This document shows, one piece after another, positions 30,870 through 44,643 of a DNA stretch of 64,000 bases. Source of the stretch: an uncultured Actinomycetes bacterium (GTDB taxonomy: Bacteria; Actinomycetota; UBA4738; HRBIN12); contig CAWAWO010000005.1 of the NCBI GenBank assembly GCA_963785835.1, positions 484,657 to 548,656 on the forward strand. Direction: 5' to 3'. Positions within the stretch are counted from its first letter, which is position 1, and the number at the start of each line of letters is the position of its first letter. The translations under genes and the position numbers were made by a program. The notes under the pieces are model-generated. The model saw only the letters and a list, made by a program, of their open reading frames with translations. It was not told the DNA's origin and did no database searches.

Positions 30870-31532
30870 ATGCAGCTCACCCCCCGAGACAAGAGGATCC
30901 TGCAGATCGCAGGGGTCGTCCTGCCCTTGCTCCTGCTCCTGTACTTCTTCGTGCTGCGGCCGGACGACGGCGAAGACGTCGCGCTGCCGGAGTTCCCGAC
31001 GGGCGCCACCGGGCTCACCGGGGCGAACGGCGGGTCGCCGAGCGTGACGCCGTCCGAAACGCCCCGCGAGACGCTGCCGCCCGTGTCGTTGGCCGGGTCC
31101 CGGGATCCCTTCTCGATCCCACCGGGGCTCGAGCTCTCGGGCGGCGGCGTCGGCCCCACCTCGCCGGTGCCCACGGGCACCGCAACGATCCCACCCCCGG
31201 CGACGTCGCCCACACAGCCTCCTCAGCCGCTCCCGACCTCGACGTTCACGCCGCCCCCACCACCACCACCGCCGCCGCCGCCCCCGACCACGTCGCCGAC
31301 CCAGCCGCCGCCTCCTCCGGAGCAACCGGGACACAAGATCCTGATCGGGGGGCACAACGTGAAGCTGAAGAGCGTCGCCGGGAACCGCTCGGTGGACGTG
31401 TCGGTCGACGGCAGGACCTACACCGTGGAGCCGGGCGCGACGTTCGACGACAACTTCAAGCTGGTGAGGATCAACGGGAGGTGCGCCAAGTTCCTGTTCG
31501 GTGACCAGAGCTTCGAGCTCTGCGAGAAATAG
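30870..31532 (+). CDS. Membrane-anchored Pro-rich protein in the PilP position
   Basis: TM, RDPF motif, poly-Pro linker, C-terminal beta domain (YTVEPGATFDDNFKLVRING.CAKFLFGD). Confidence 0.75.
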   Translation: MQLTPRDKRILQIAGVVLPLLLLLYFFVLRPDDGEDVALPEFPTGATGLTGANGGSPSVTPSETPRETLPPVSLAGSRDPFSIPPGLELSGGGVGPTSPVPTGTATIPPPATSPTQPPQPLPTSTFTPPPPPPPPPPPPTTSPTQPPPPPEQPGHKILIGGHNVKLKSVAGNRSVDVSVDGRTYTVEPGATFDDNFKLVRINGRCAKFLFGDQSFELCEK

Positions 31533-31673
31533 GGGAGACGCAGCCAGCCGGCCCGCGCCGGGGGGAGCGGTCGCCGGTCCGAGAGGGCGGCCTCGGAAGA
31601 CGGGGCCGCCCTCGACCCATCCCGGGCTCGCTGCGACCCCATCCGCCCGCGGCGCCCTCCTATGATGGACCGG

Positions 31674-32825
31674 ATGTTGCGCCTGCTCACGGCCGGTGAA
31701 TCCCACGGGAAGGGCCTCGTCGGCGTGCTCGAGGGCCTGCCCGCCGGCGTCCCGATCTCGCCCAAGGAGGTCGCGGGTGAGCTCGCCCGCCGCCGCCATG
31801 GACACGGCCGCAGCGGACGGCAGAAGCTCGAAGCCGACCGGTTCGACATCGTGTCCGGCGTCCGGCACGGACGAACGCTCGGCAGCCCGGTCGCGATCAC
31901 GATCGAGAACGCGGAGTGGGCCGAGAAGTACCGGGACGTGATGGCGGTCGAGGCCCCAGCCGACCCGACGGAACGGCTCACGCGCCCCCGCCCCGGACAC
32001 GCGGATCTCGCGGGGCTGCAGAAGTACGGGTTCGACGACGTGCGCAACGTCCTCGAACGCGCGAGCGCGCGCGAGACGGCGACGCGGGTCGCGCTCGGCG
32101 TGTTCTGCAAGGCGTTCCTCGCCGAGCTCGAGATCACGGTCGTCTCGCACGTGGTTCGGATCGGGAAGGTATCCGTGCGTTCCTCGCGCGTTCCCCGCCC
32201 CGAGCATCTCGAGGCGGTCGACGCGTCGCCCGTCCGGTGCTTCGACGAGGTCGCCGCAGACCGGATGATCGCCGAGATCGACAGGATCCGAAAGGCGCGT
32301 GACACCGTCGGCGGCGTCTTCGAAGTGGTGGCCTACGGCTGCCCGCCGGGGCTCGGGTCGCACGTGCAGTACGACCGCAAGCTCGACGCGCGGCTCGCGC
32401 TCGCCCTCATGAGCATCCAATCGGTGAAGGGTGTCGAGGTCGGTGACGGGTTCACCTCGGCGTCCCGGCCGGGGTCTCGGGCGCACGACGAGATCGTGAC
32501 GGCTCGGGGCGAACTGCGGCGCAAGACCGCCCGCGCCGGTGGGATCGAGGGCGGCATGAGCACCGGCCAGCCGATCCGCGCCCGGGCGGCCATGAAGCCG
32601 TTCTCGACGGTGCCGAAGTCGCTCGCGACCGTCGATCTGGAGACCGGGCGACCGGGCGTCGCCATCGCGCAACGCACCGACGTGTGCGCGGTCCCCGCCG
32701 GGGCGGTCGTCGGCGAGGCGGTGACGGCGTTCGTGCTCGCGGACGCCGTGCTCGAGAAGTTCGGGGGCGACTCGCTCCCGGAGACGCGACGCAACCTCGA
32801 GGCGTACGCGGCGGGCCTTCCGTGA
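31674..32825 (+). CDS. aroC: Chorismate synthase
   Basis: [31 protein letters not shown]. Confidence 0.97.
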   Translation: MLRLLTAGESHGKGLVGVLEGLPAGVPISPKEVAGELARRRHGHGRSGRQKLEADRFDIVSGVRHGRTLGSPVAITIENAEWAEKYRDVMAVEAPADPTERLTRPRPGHADLAGLQKYGFDDVRNVLERASARETATRVALGVFCKAFLAELEITVVSHVVRIGKVSVRSSRVPRPEHLEAVDASPVRCFDEVAADRMIAEIDRIRKARDTVGGVFEVVAYGCPPGLGSHVQYDRKLDARLALALMSIQSVKGVEVGDGFTSASRPGSRAHDEIVTARGELRRKTARAGGIEGGMSTGQPIRARAAMKPFSTVPKSLATVDLETGRPGVAIAQRTDVCAVPAGAVVGEAVTAFVLADAVLEKFGGDSLPETRRNLEAYAAGLP

Positions 32826-33322
32826 TCGTGTACCTCGTGGGCATGCCCGGCTCGGGCAAGTCCACCGTGGGTCCCGAGCTCGCCCGGCGGCTCAGTGTGC
32901 CGTTCGTCGAGCTCGACGAGCAGATCCAAGCCACAGCCGGCGCCTCGGTCCGCGAGATCTTCGATCGCGAGGGCGAGGCGCGCTTCCGGGAGCTCGAGGC
33001 GGCGGCGCTCGCCGAGTCGGCCGGACGCGATCCCTCGGTCGTGTCGTGCGGCGGGGGGGTCGTGCTGGAGCCGGCCAACCGCGTCACGCTCCGGGCAACG
33101 GGGGAGGTCGTGTTCCTCTCGGTGCCGCTCGAGGTTCTGCGGGCGCGCGTCGTTCCCGCGGCCGACCGGCCGCTGATCCGTGCCGAAGGGGATCTCGAGC
33201 GACTGTTCCGAGAGCGCGAACCCTTGTATCGAGAGTTCGCCCAGCACGTCGTCGACGCGAGCGGCGAGGCGCCCGAGGTGGCCGCCGCGATCGAGAGGGA
33301 ACTGCTCCGTTGGAGCGCGTGA
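32822..33322 (+). CDS. aroK: Shikimate kinase
   Basis: [29 protein letters not shown]. Confidence 0.95.
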   Translation: MIVYLVGMPGSGKSTVGPELARRLSVPFVELDEQIQATAGASVREIFDREGEARFRELEAAALAESAGRDPSVVSCGGGVVLEPANRVTLRATGEVVFLSVPLEVLRARVVPAADRPLIRAEGDLERLFREREPLYREFAQHVVDASGEAPEVAAAIERELLRWSA

Positions 33323-34401
33323 GCGTCGCGGTCCCCAGCGGGACCTACGACGTCACCATCGGCGAGGACGTGCTCTCCGGGGCGGCCGAGCATCTGCCCG
33401 AGCTGCCGGCCTCCGAGCGGGCGTTCGTGGTCGCCGACTCGGCGGTCGCCGAGCGATACCTCGACCCCCTGGTCCAGGGCCTCGAGGCCGCAGGCCTTCG
33501 CGCGGTGCATCTCGGCGTGCCGCGGGGCGAGGACGCCAAGACGATCCAGGTGATGACCGCGTTGCATCGCCAGCTCGCGACGCAGGGCGCGCACCGCGCC
33601 GACGCGGTCCTCGCGCTCGGCGGCGGCTCGGTCGGCGACCTGGCCGGGTTCGTCGCGGCGACGTACATGCGCGGTGTCCCGTTCGTCCAGGTGCCGACCA
33701 CGCTCACGGCGCAGGTCGACGCGGCGATCGGCGGCAAGAGCGCCGTGAACCTCCCCGAGGGCAAGAACCTCGTGGGCGCCTTCCACCAGCCGGTCGCGGT
33801 GCTGGCCGACGTCGCGACGCTCGCCACCCTCCCCGATCGCGAGTACCGGAGCGGGCTCGCGGAGGTCGCGAAGTACGCCCTGACGTTGGACCCCGAGCTG
33901 CTCGGGTCGTTGGAGGCCGACCCGTCACCCCTGCTCGAACGCGGGCCGCGAACCCTCGAAGCGCTCGTGGCACGTTGCGTCCGCGCCAAGGCGTCGGTGG
34001 TGAGCGTCGACGAACGGGACGAGTCTTCGCGGCTGGTGCTGAACTACGGCCACACGCTCGGCCATGCCCTCGAACGGCTGGAGGCCTTCGCCGGCCGTTC
34101 GCACGGGGAGGCGATCGCCCTCGGCATGGTCTTCGCCGCTCGTCTCGCCGAGACGCTGGGGCGCGCCGAACAGGGGCTCGTGGCCCGCCACGCGCGTCTG
34201 TTGGCCTCGCTCGGGCTCGAGACGGACGCGACGCTGCCCGCGGCCGATGACGTCATGGCCACGATGCGGATGGACAAGAAGTATCGGGGCGGGGTCCGCT
34301 TCGTCCTGCTGGAAGACGTCGGACGGCCGTTCGTGGAGGATGACGTTCCGGAGGACGTGGTGCGTTCCACGTTGGAAGCGATGGGGAGGGTGAGCCAGTA
34401 G
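33310..34401 (+). CDS. aroB: 3-dehydroquinate synthase
   Basis: GGGSVGDLAGF, PTTLTAQVDAAIGGK, KNLVGAFHQP, LNYGHTLGHALE. Confidence 0.96.
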   Translation: MERVSVAVPSGTYDVTIGEDVLSGAAEHLPELPASERAFVVADSAVAERYLDPLVQGLEAAGLRAVHLGVPRGEDAKTIQVMTALHRQLATQGAHRADAVLALGGGSVGDLAGFVAATYMRGVPFVQVPTTLTAQVDAAIGGKSAVNLPEGKNLVGAFHQPVAVLADVATLATLPDREYRSGLAEVAKYALTLDPELLGSLEADPSPLLERGPRTLEALVARCVRAKASVVSVDERDESSRLVLNYGHTLGHALERLEAFAGRSHGEAIALGMVFAARLAETLGRAEQGLVARHARLLASLGLETDATLPAADDVMATMRMDKKYRGGVRFVLLEDVGRPFVEDDVPEDVVRSTLEAMGRVSQ

Positions 34402-34403
34402 CG

Positions 34404-34839
34404 ATGCGGGTGCTCTTCGTGTTCGGTCCCAACCTCGGTGCGCTCGGACGCCGCGAGCCCGAACGCTACGGGACGCAGACGCTGGACGAGATCATGGACG
34501 AGGTGTCCGAGCGAGCGTCGCGCCTCGAGCACGAGCTCGTCTGGCGCCAGTCCGACGACGAGGGCGAGCTGATCGGGTGGCTGAACGACGCGTCCGGGCG
34601 AGGCGTTCGAGGCCGTGATCCTCAACCCCGGCGCGCTCGCGCACTACTCGTACGCGCTGCGCGACGCGGTCGGCGGGTGCGGGCTCCCCGTGATCGAGGT
34701 CCACATGACGAACATCTACGCGCGCGAGGAGTTCCGGCGGCACTCCGTGATCTCGCCGGTGTGTCGCGCGACGATCGCCGGCGCCGGCGCCGGCGGCTAC
34801 CACGTCGCGCTCGAGGCGCTCCGGTGGATCTCGGCGTGA
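34404..34839 (+). CDS. aroQ: Type II 3-dehydroquinate dehydratase (frameshift near 34598)
   Basis: [16 protein letters not shown]; [26 protein letters not shown] in the shifted frame. Confidence 0.93.
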
Positions 34840-34847
34840 ACGGGCGG

Positions 34848-35930
34848 ATGGATCATCGCTCGCGGCGCGAGCGGCTCGCCGAACGGCTGGGCGCTCTCGA
34901 GCTCGACGCGCTGATCGTCACCCGCCTGCCGAACGTCCGCTACCTCACCGGGTTCACGGGCTCGAACGCGCAGCTCGTGGTCGCCCGGGACGGCTCGGCG
35001 GTGTTCCTGACCGACGGGCGCTACGCGGAGCAGGCGAGCCACGAGGTGCCCGACCTGGATCGGACCGCCTACCGGGAGGGCTACCCCCGGCCGCTGCTCG
35101 ACGCGTGCCGGACGATGGGGGCGACGAGGACCGGCTTCGAACGCCGTGCGCTCTCCTTCGACGAGTGGGCGCAGCTCGACGAGGGCGCCGACGGACTGGA
35201 GCTCGTCCCGACGGGCCCGGAGGTGGAGGCTCTGAGGCGAGTGAAGGACGCCGACGAGCTCGAACGGATCGGACGGGCGCAGGGCTTTGCAGACGACGTG
35301 TTCGAGCGGGTCGTCCTGAACGGGGGCTTGCGGGCCGGGACCACCGAGCGCCGGGTCGTCCGCGACCTGGAGACGGCGATGCGGGATGCCGGCGCCGACG
35401 ACCGCGCGTTCGACTCCATCGTGGCGTTCGGCGACCACGCGGCCGAACCCCATCACCATCCGACCGATCGCGAGCTCGCGCCCGGCGACGTCGTGAAGCT
35501 CGACTTCGGCGCCTTGGCCGACGGCTACCACTCGGACATGACGCGGACGGTCGCATTCGGGGAGCCCGATCCGCGCGTGCGGGAGATCCGAGACGTGGTC
35601 GCCGCCGCGAACCGGGCGGGGAGGGATGCGGTGCGCCCCGGCGTGTCCACCGTCGACGTGGACGCGGCAGCGCGAACGGTCGTATCCGAAGCGGGATTCG
35701 CGGAGGCGTTCCCCCACGGGCTCGGCCACGGCGTCGGTCTCGAGATCCACGAGGAGCCATTCCTGCGCTGGCACAGCGGCCACGAGCTCGAAGAGGGGAT
35801 GGTCGTCACGATCGAGCCCGGCGTGTACATTCCCGGCCTCGGAGGCGTCCGGATCGAGGACATGGTCGAGGTGACCGCCGACGGGTGCCGCGCGATCCCT
35901 CGCTCGACCAGGGAGCTGATCGTCCTGTGA
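34848..35930 (+). CDS. pepQ: Xaa-Pro aminopeptidase (M24)
   Basis: [41 protein letters not shown]. Confidence 0.93.
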   Translation: MDHRSRRERLAERLGALELDALIVTRLPNVRYLTGFTGSNAQLVVARDGSAVFLTDGRYAEQASHEVPDLDRTAYREGYPRPLLDACRTMGATRTGFERRALSFDEWAQLDEGADGLELVPTGPEVEALRRVKDADELERIGRAQGFADDVFERVVLNGGLRAGTTERRVVRDLETAMRDAGADDRAFDSIVAFGDHAAEPHHHPTDRELAPGDVVKLDFGALADGYHSDMTRTVAFGEPDPRVREIRDVVAAANRAGRDAVRPGVSTVDVDAAARTVVSEAGFAEAFPHGLGHGVGLEIHEEPFLRWHSGHELEEGMVVTIEPGVYIPGLGGVRIEDMVEVTADGCRAIPRSTRELIVL

Positions 35931-36490
35931 GCGTTTCGACCAACGACCTGAAGAACGGCATGACCCTGGAGCTCGACGGGGTGCTGTTCCAGATCGTCGA
36001 GTTCCAACACGTGAAGCCGGGCAAAGGCGGCGCGTTCGTCCGGACCAAGCTGCGGAACGTGAGGACGGGCGCCGTCGTCGAGCGCACGTTCAACGCGGGC
36101 GTGAAGGTCGGCCTCGCGATCGTCGAGCGCAAGGACATGCAGTACCTGTACCGCGACGGCGAGTCGTTCACGTTCATGGACATGGACTCCTACGAGCAGA
36201 TCCCCGTGGGTGCCGACGTCGTCGGGGGCGGCGCGAGCTGGCTTTCGGAAGGCTCGACTGTGCAGGTCTCGGTGCATCAGGGGACACCGATCTCCGTTGA
36301 GCTCCCTGCCTCCGTGGCCCTTGCCATCACCAAGACGCAGCCGGCCGTCAAGGGCGACACGAAGACCAACGCGATGAAGCCCGCCACGCTCGAGACCGGC
36401 GCCGAGATCCAGGTGCCGATGTTCGTCGCCGAGGGTGAGCGCGTGAAGGTCGATACCCGGTCGGGCGCCTACATCGAACGGGTGAAGTGA
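35927..36490 (+). CDS. efp: Elongation factor P
   Basis: [36 protein letters not shown]. Confidence 0.97.
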   Translation: MSVSTNDLKNGMTLELDGVLFQIVEFQHVKPGKGGAFVRTKLRNVRTGAVVERTFNAGVKVGLAIVERKDMQYLYRDGESFTFMDMDSYEQIPVGADVVGGGASWLSEGSTVQVSVHQGTPISVELPASVALAITKTQPAVKGDTKTNAMKPATLETGAEIQVPMFVAEGERVKVDTRSGAYIERVK

Positions 36491-36494
36491 CTGC

Positions 36495-36920
36495 TTGAGC
36501 TCGCGCAGGCAGGAGCGCCGCCTCGCGATCGACATCCTGTTCCAGGCGGACGTCACCGGAAGCACCGGCCGATCCGTCCTGGCCGAGTGGTTAGCGTCGG
36601 GCCGCGACGTTCACGACTTCACCCGTGACCTCGTCGAAGGGGTGGCGGATCACCTGGATGAGCTCGACCGGACGATCGGCGCGCATTCGGAGGGATGGAG
36701 CGTCGACCGGATGGCCTCGGTGGACCGGACGATCCTGCGCGTCGCGGCCTTCGAGCTGCTGATCGGCCGGCAGACCCCCGTGGGGGCTGCGATCGACGAG
36801 GCGGTTCGAGCTGCCAAGGAGCTGTCGACCGAGGACTCGGGCCGGTTCGTGAACGGCATCCTCGGCAAGATCGCGCGGGCGTCCGCGGGAGAGCGGGAGT
36901 CGTCGGACGAGCGGGGGTGA
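36495..36920 (+). CDS. nusB: Transcription antitermination factor NusB
   Basis: GWSVDRMASVDRTILR, IDEAV, FVNGILG. Confidence 0.96.
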   Translation: MSSRRQERRLAIDILFQADVTGSTGRSVLAEWLASGRDVHDFTRDLVEGVADHLDELDRTIGAHSEGWSVDRMASVDRTILRVAAFELLIGRQTPVGAAIDEAVRAAKELSTEDSGRFVNGILGKIARASAGERESSDERG

Positions 36921-36939
36921 GATCCGCGCGGAGCGGGGC

Positions 36940-38887
<1,948 letters not shown>

Positions 38888-38895
<8 letters not shown>

Positions 38896-40180
38896 GCGAA
38901 CGCTCTTCCGCGGCGCGCGCGTGATCGATCCCGCGTCGGGGCGCGACGAGGTCGCGGACGTGCTCGTCGCCGACGGCGTGCTCGCCTCGCCCGACGGCGC
39001 GTCGAACGCCACGGTCCTGAACTGCGACGGGCTGGTGCTCGCGCCTGGACTGGTCGACCTGCACACGCATGTCCGAGAGCCCGGGCGCGAGGACAAGGAG
39101 ACCGTGGAGACCGGTTCGCGAGCCGCCGCGCTCGGAGGCTTCACGGCGATCTCGCCGATGGCCAACACCGAGCCGGTCGCGGACAACGCGGCCGTGATCC
39201 ACGAGGTCCGCGAGCTCGGCGTCCGAGCCGGCATCGTGGACGTCCTGCCGGTCGGCGCGATCACCCGCGGGCTCGAGGGCGAGGTCCTCGCCGAGATGGG
39301 CGAGATGGTCGACGCGGGCGTCCGTATGTTCAGCGACGACGGCCGGTGCGTCCCGACCGCGCGGATGCTCCGGAACGCGCTCACCTACGCGCGCACGTTC
39401 GAGGGCGTCGTGATCGCGGAGCACTGCGAGGACGCGTCGCTCGCCGAGGGCGGACAGATGCACGAGGGCTTCCATTCGTACTCGCTCGGCCTGGCCGGTC
39501 AGCCCCGTGAGGCCGAGGAGGTCGTCGTCGCGCGGGACCTCGCGGTGGCGAGGCTCGCCGGCGGGCGGCTGCACCTGTGCCATCTCTCGTCGGCCGGGTC
39601 CGTGGAGATGGTCCGGCGCGCGAAGGCCGAGGGCTTGCGCGTGAGCGCGGAAGTGACCCCGCACCACCTCGTGTTCAGCGACGAGGACCTGCTCACGTTC
39701 GACACCCACTTCAAGGTCAACCCGCCGCTCCGCTCGCCGGAGGATCGCGAGGCGCTCGTGCGGGGCCTCGCCGAGGGGACGATCGACGCCGTGGCCACCG
39801 ATCACGCGCCGCACGCGGTGGAGGAGAAGGAGGCCGAATTCGACCTGGCGCCGGTCGGGACGATCGGGCTCGAGACGGCGCTCGCGGCCGTGCTGACCCA
39901 CCTCGTTCACCCGGGGCACCTCACGCTCGTTCGCGCCGTCGAGGCGATGTCGACGACGCCCGCCCGGATCCTCGGCGCCGCCGACCAGGGCGGCCCGCTG
40001 GAGCCCGGCAGGCCGGCGAACCTCGTCGTGTTCGATCCGGACGCCGAGTGGGTGGTCGAGCCCCCGTTCGGGTCCAAGAGCCGGAACTCCGCCTTCCTGG
40101 GGCGAACGCTCCGTGGACGCGTGGTGCACACGGTGCACCGCGGCTCGCTGGTCGTCGCCGACGGCAAGGCCCAGCGATGA
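38888..40180 (+). CDS. pyrC: Dihydroorotase
   Basis: [31 protein letters not shown]. Confidence 0.97.
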
Positions 40181-40208
40181 GCCGCCGGGCGGCGCCGGGG
40201 CGGCCTCG

Positions 40209-41348
40209 GTGACGAGCCGACCGACGGCGATCCTCGCACTCGAGGACGGGACGACGTTCCGCGGGTGGGGGTTCGGCGCCTCCGGGGAGACCCTCGGCGA
40301 AGCCGTCTTCAACACCGGCATGACCGGCTACCAGGAGGTGCTCACCGACCCGTCCTACGCGGGCCAGGTGGTGGCGATGACCGCTCCGCACCAGGGCAAT
40401 TACGGGACGAACGACGACGATCCCGAATCGACCCGCGTGCAGGTGGCCGGGTTCGCCGTCCGCGAGGCCTCGCGGCGAGCCTCCTCGTGGCGAGCGACCC
40501 GAACCCTGCCGGACGACCTCGCCGAGGCCGGGGTGGTGGGGATCGAGGGCATCGACACGCGGCGGTTGACACTGCGGCTCCGCGAACGAGGCGCGATGCG
40601 CTGCGGGATCTCGACGCTCGACGACGACGTCGATGCGCTCCTCGGCCGCGTGCGGGCCCATCCCGGGATGAACGACGCCGACCTCGCCGCGTCGGTGAGC
40701 GTGCCCGAGCGCTACGAGGCTCGTTCGAACGTCGGGCCGGCCGCCCGGACCCTCGGTCGCGTCTTCCGCGTGGCCGTGTTCGACTTCGGCCTGAAGCGCT
40801 CGATCCTTCGACGGCTGGCCGCCGCCGGGATGGAGGCCACGGTCCTGCCGGCACGAACGCCCGCGAGTCGCGTCCTGGAGGAGGGGTTCGACGGCGCGTT
40901 CCTCTCGAACGGCCCCGGCGACCCGGCCGCCACGGCCTACGGCGTCGAGGCCGCGGCGGGACTCCTCGGCCGGATCCCCGTGTTCGGCATCTGCCTCGGC
41001 CACCAGTTGCTGGGGCTCGCGCTCGGTGGCCGGACGTTCAAGATGAAGTTCGGGCACCGCGGCCTCAACCAGCCGGTGCGCGACGGCCGGACGGGCCGGG
41101 TCGAGGTCACGAGCCACAACCACGGGTTCGCCGTGGATCCCGAGGGTTGGCCCGCGCGGGACGGCGTCGCCGAGACCGCGTTCGGACGGGTCGAGCTCAG
41201 CCACTGGAACCTGAACGACGGGACGCTCGAGGGGATGCGGTGCCTCGACGTCCCCGCGATCTCGGTCCAGTACCACCCGGAGGCGGCGCCGGGACCGCAC
41301 GACTCGCGATACCTGTTCGCCGAGTTCCGGGAGCTGATGGGTGCCTAG
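40209..41348 (+). CDS. carA: Carbamoyl-phosphate synthase small subunit
   Basis: [43 protein letters not shown]. Confidence 0.98.
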   Translation: MTSRPTAILALEDGTTFRGWGFGASGETLGEAVFNTGMTGYQEVLTDPSYAGQVVAMTAPHQGNYGTNDDDPESTRVQVAGFAVREASRRASSWRATRTLPDDLAEAGVVGIEGIDTRRLTLRLRERGAMRCGISTLDDDVDALLGRVRAHPGMNDADLAASVSVPERYEARSNVGPAARTLGRVFRVAVFDFGLKRSILRRLAAAGMEATVLPARTPASRVLEEGFDGAFLSNGPGDPAATAYGVEAAAGLLGRIPVFGICLGHQLLGLALGGRTFKMKFGHRGLNQPVRDGRTGRVEVTSHNHGFAVDPEGWPARDGVAETAFGRVELSHWNLNDGTLEGMRCLDVPAISVQYHPEAAPGPHDSRYLFAEFRELMGA

Positions 41349-44300
41349 GCGAACGGATATCCGTCGCATCCTGGTGATCGGCTCCGGCCCGATCGTGATC
41401 GGGCAGGCGTGCGAGTTCGACTACTCGGGGACGCAGGCCTGCAAGGTGCTTCGGCGCGAGGGGTTCCACGTCTCCCTCGTCAACCCGAACCCCGCCACGA
41501 TCATGACGGACCCCACGTTCGCCGACGCGACCTACGTCGAGCCCCTCACCCCCGACTCCGTGCTCCGCGTGATCGAACGCGAGCGGCCGGACGCACTGCT
41601 CCCGACGCTCGGCGGGCAGACCGCGCTGAACGTCGCGGTCGCGCTCGCCGAGTCCGGCGACCTGGACCGGACCGAGACCCGGCTCATCGGCGCGAGCCTC
41701 GAGACGATCCGCAGGGCGGAGGATCGGAGCGGCTTCCGCTCGACGATGATCGGGGCGGGGCTCGACGTCCCGCGGGCCGAGACGGCCCGAACGGTGGAGG
41801 AGGGCGTCGCCGTGGGTGACGCGATCGGATACCCGGTGATCGTTCGGCCGTCGTTCACGTTGGGGGGCGGCGGTAGCGGGTTCGCGCGCGACCGTGACGA
41901 GCTGCGTCAACTCGCGGCGAGATCGCTCGAGGCGAGCCCCGTGACCGAGATCCTCGTGGAGGAGTCGATCGCCGGGTGGAAGGAGTTCGAGCTCGAGGTC
42001 ATGCGCGACGGGGCGGACAACGTCGTGGTCGTGTGCTCGATCGAGAACGTGGACCCGATGGGCGTGCACACCGGCGACTCGGTCACGGTCGCGCCGGCGC
42101 AGACGCTCACCGACCGCGAGTACCAGCGGATGCGCGATTCGGCCCTCGCGTGCATCCGAGCGATCGGCGTCGAGACCGGCGGGTCGAACATCCAGTTCGC
42201 CGTCGAACCGGCGACGGGTCGCCAGGTCCTGATCGAGATGAACCCGAGGGTCTCGCGGTCCTCGGCGCTGGCGTCGAAGGCGACGGGGTTCCCGATCGCG
42301 AAGATCGGCGCGCTGCTCGCGGTGGGCTACAGGTTGGACGAGATCCCGAACGACATCACGGGCGTCACGCTGGCGGCGTTCGAACCCGCGCTCGACTACG
42401 TGGTCGTGAAGGTGCCCCGGTTCGCGTTCGAGAAGTTCCCCGAGGCCGACCCGGTGCTGACCTCCACGATGAAGTCGGTCGGCGAGGTGATGGCGATCGG
42501 CCGGACGTTCAAGGAAGCGCTCGGCAAGGCCTGGCGCTCGCTCGAGCGGACCCCGTTCGATCTGGGATGGTCGGCCGTCTCCGGCGGCGACCTCGAGACG
42601 CTCGGGACGCCCGGCGAACGCCGCCTGCATCTGGTCGAGGCCGCGCTGCACGCCGGACGATCGGTCGACGAGGTTGCGCGGACCAGCGAGATCGATCCGT
42701 GGTTCGTCGACCAGATCGCCCAGGTGGTCGAGCAGGCATCGTCGATCGAGGGGCGAGCGCTCGACGAGATCTCCATGGACGAGCTGCGGGAGGCGAAGCG
42801 CGCCGGGCTGTCGGACCGGCGGCTCGCCGCCCTCGTCGACGCGGACGAACGCGACGTGCGGGCACGCCGAACGGCGCTCGGCGTTCGGCCGGTGTTCAAG
42901 ACGGTCGACACGTGCGCGGGCGAGTTCCCCGCGCGGACGCCGTACCACTATTCGACCTTCGAGGAGGAGGACGAGGTCCGGCCGGCCGAGCGGCCACGGG
43001 TGGTCATCCTCGGCGCCGGCCCCAACCGGATCGGGCAGGGGATCGAGTTCGACTACGCATGCGTCCACGCGGCGTACGCGCTCGACGAAGCCGGCTACGA
43101 GGCCGTGATGGTGAACTCCAATCCCGAGACCGTCTCGACCGACTACGACACGAGCGCGCGGCTGTACTTCGAGCCGCTGTCGGCCGAGGACGTCCTCGCC
43201 GTCTGCGAGGCCGAACGGCCTGTCGGGGTGCTGTGCCAGATGGGGGGGCAGACGCCGCTCCGCCTGGCGCACGACCTCGAGGCCGCGGGATGGCCGGTGC
43301 TCGGCACCACGCCCGAGGCGATCGACCTCGCCGAGGACCGTGGTCGGTTCGCGCGCCTCCTGCAGGAGCTCGAGATCCCCGCTCCTCCCCATGGCGAGGC
43401 GCACGGCCTGGAGCAGGCGCGCGCGGCCGCCGGGCGCATCGGGTATCCCGTCATCGTGCGACCCTCCTACGTCCTGGGTGGGCGCGCGATGGAGATCGTC
43501 TACGCTCCGGAGGAGCTCGAGCGGTTCGTCGGCCACGCGGCGGCGGCGAGCCCCGACCACCCCGTGCTGATCGATCGGTTCATCGAGGGGGCGGTCGAGA
43601 TCGACGTCGACGCGGTGTGCGACGGTACGGAGGTGTTCGTCGGCGCCGTCATGGAGCACATCGAGGAGGCGGGGATCCACTCGGGCGACTCGTCGTGCCA
43701 GATCCCTCCGGCGACGTTGTCGGACGACGAGCTGGACGAGATCGAGCGCATCACGGCGACGCTCGCGAGGCGACTCGGCGTCCGCGGCCTGATCAACCTG
43801 CAGCTCGCGGTCAAGGACGAGAAGATCTGGGTCCTGGAAGCCAATCCGCGCGCGTCCCGGACCGTGCCGTTCGTGTCGAAGGCCACCGGCGTCTCGCTGG
43901 CGAGGATCGCGACGTTCGTGGTGCTCGGTCGAACGATCGAGGAGCTGAGGGACGAAGGGCTGCTCCCGGCCGACCGCCGCCACTACCTCCACCTTCCCTA
44001 TACCTCGGTCAAGTCGCCGGTCATGCCGTTCGGACGGTTCCCCGGCGTCGACACCGTCCTCGGTCCCGAGATGCGGTCGACCGGCGAGGTGATGGGCGTC
44101 GATCCGGACCCCGGTCGCGCCCTCGCCAAGGCACTGATCGCGAGCGGAACCGCGCTCCCGAGCTCGGGCACGGTCTTCCTCAGCGTCGCCAACCGCGACA
44201 AGCGCGCCATCGTGTATCCGGCCAAGCGGCTCGCCGACCTCGGGTTCCGGTTGCTGGCGACCCGCGGGACGGCGGGTGTGCTGCATCGAGCGGGTGTCAC

Positions 44301-44643
44301 CGCCACGCGCGTCGACAAGGTGTCCGAGGCCGAGCATGCGAAGGACGCCCGGTCGATCGTCGACCTGATCCGCGAGGGCGCGGTGGACATGGTCGTGAAC
44401 ACGCCGTTCGGACGAGGCCCCAGGACCGACGGATGGCTGATCCGCACCGCGGCGTCACAGGCGGGCATCCCCTGTGTGACGACGCTCCCTGGCGCGATGG
44501 CCGCGCTTCGGGGGATCGAGGCGCTCCGCGAGGGGCACGGGGAGCCGCGTTCGCTCCAGGAGCTGCACGCGCAGGGGAGCGGCGAGGTGCCCGTGCAGGA
44601 GCGACTGCCGATCGAGGCGCTCCACCGCGAGGTCGCGTCGTGA
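41341..44643 (+). CDS. carB: Carbamoyl-phosphate synthase large subunit
   Basis: [48 protein letters not shown] domain. Confidence 0.98.
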   Translation: MPRRTDIRRILVIGSGPIVIGQACEFDYSGTQACKVLRREGFHVSLVNPNPATIMTDPTFADATYVEPLTPDSVLRVIERERPDALLPTLGGQTALNVAVALAESGDLDRTETRLIGASLETIRRAEDRSGFRSTMIGAGLDVPRAETARTVEEGVAVGDAIGYPVIVRPSFTLGGGGSGFARDRDELRQLAARSLEASPVTEILVEESIAGWKEFELEVMRDGADNVVVVCSIENVDPMGVHTGDSVTVAPAQTLTDREYQRMRDSALACIRAIGVETGGSNIQFAVEPATGRQVLIEMNPRVSRSSALASKATGFPIAKIGALLAVGYRLDEIPNDITGVTLAAFEPALDYVVVKVPRFAFEKFPEADPVLTSTMKSVGEVMAIGRTFKEALGKAWRSLERTPFDLGWSAVSGGDLETLGTPGERRLHLVEAALHAGRSVDEVARTSEIDPWFVDQIAQVVEQASSIEGRALDEISMDELREAKRAGLSDRRLAALVDADERDVRARRTALGVRPVFKTVDTCAGEFPARTPYHYSTFEEEDEVRPAERPRVVILGAGPNRIGQGIEFDYACVHAAYALDEAGYEAVMVNSNPETVSTDYDTSARLYFEPLSAEDVLAVCEAERPVGVLCQMGGQTPLRLAHDLEAAGWPVLGTTPEAIDLAEDRGRFARLLQELEIPAPPHGEAHGLEQARAAAGRIGYPVIVRPSYVLGGRAMEIVYAPEELERFVGHAAAASPDHPVLIDRFIEGAVEIDVDAVCDGTEVFVGAVMEHIEEAGIHSGDSSCQIPPATLSDDELDEIERITATLARRLGVRGLINLQLAVKDEKIWVLEANPRASRTVPFVSKATGVSLARIATFVVLGRTIEELRDEGLLPADRRHYLHLPYTSVKSPVMPFGRFPGVDTVLGPEMRSTGEVMGVDPDPGRALAKALIASGTALPSSGTVFLSVANRDKRAIVYPAKRLADLGFRLLATRGTAGVLHRAGVTATRVDKVSEAEHAKDARSIVDLIREGAVDMVVNTPFGRGPRTDGWLIRTAASQAGIPCVTTLPGAMAALRGIEALREGHGEPRSLQELHAQGSGEVPVQERLPIEALHREVAS

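Noticed and set aside
31250-31290. CCA/CCG trinucleotide run as a DNA repeat or phase-variation tract
   Set aside because: Mixed Pro codons encode a poly-proline linker, so selection is at the protein level.
22690-34605. Frameshifts in alaS (two), mltG, aroE, pilM, pilN and aroQ as real gene decay
   Set aside because: alaS is essential, motifs on both sides of each shift are intact, and most shifts are +1 bases in short homopolymers. Sequencing error is the simplest explanation.
34404-35930. Apparent AroQ-PepQ fusion (508-aa ORF)
   Set aside because: Produced by the +1 indel near 34598. The true AroQ C-terminus with its own stop lies at 34615-34839.
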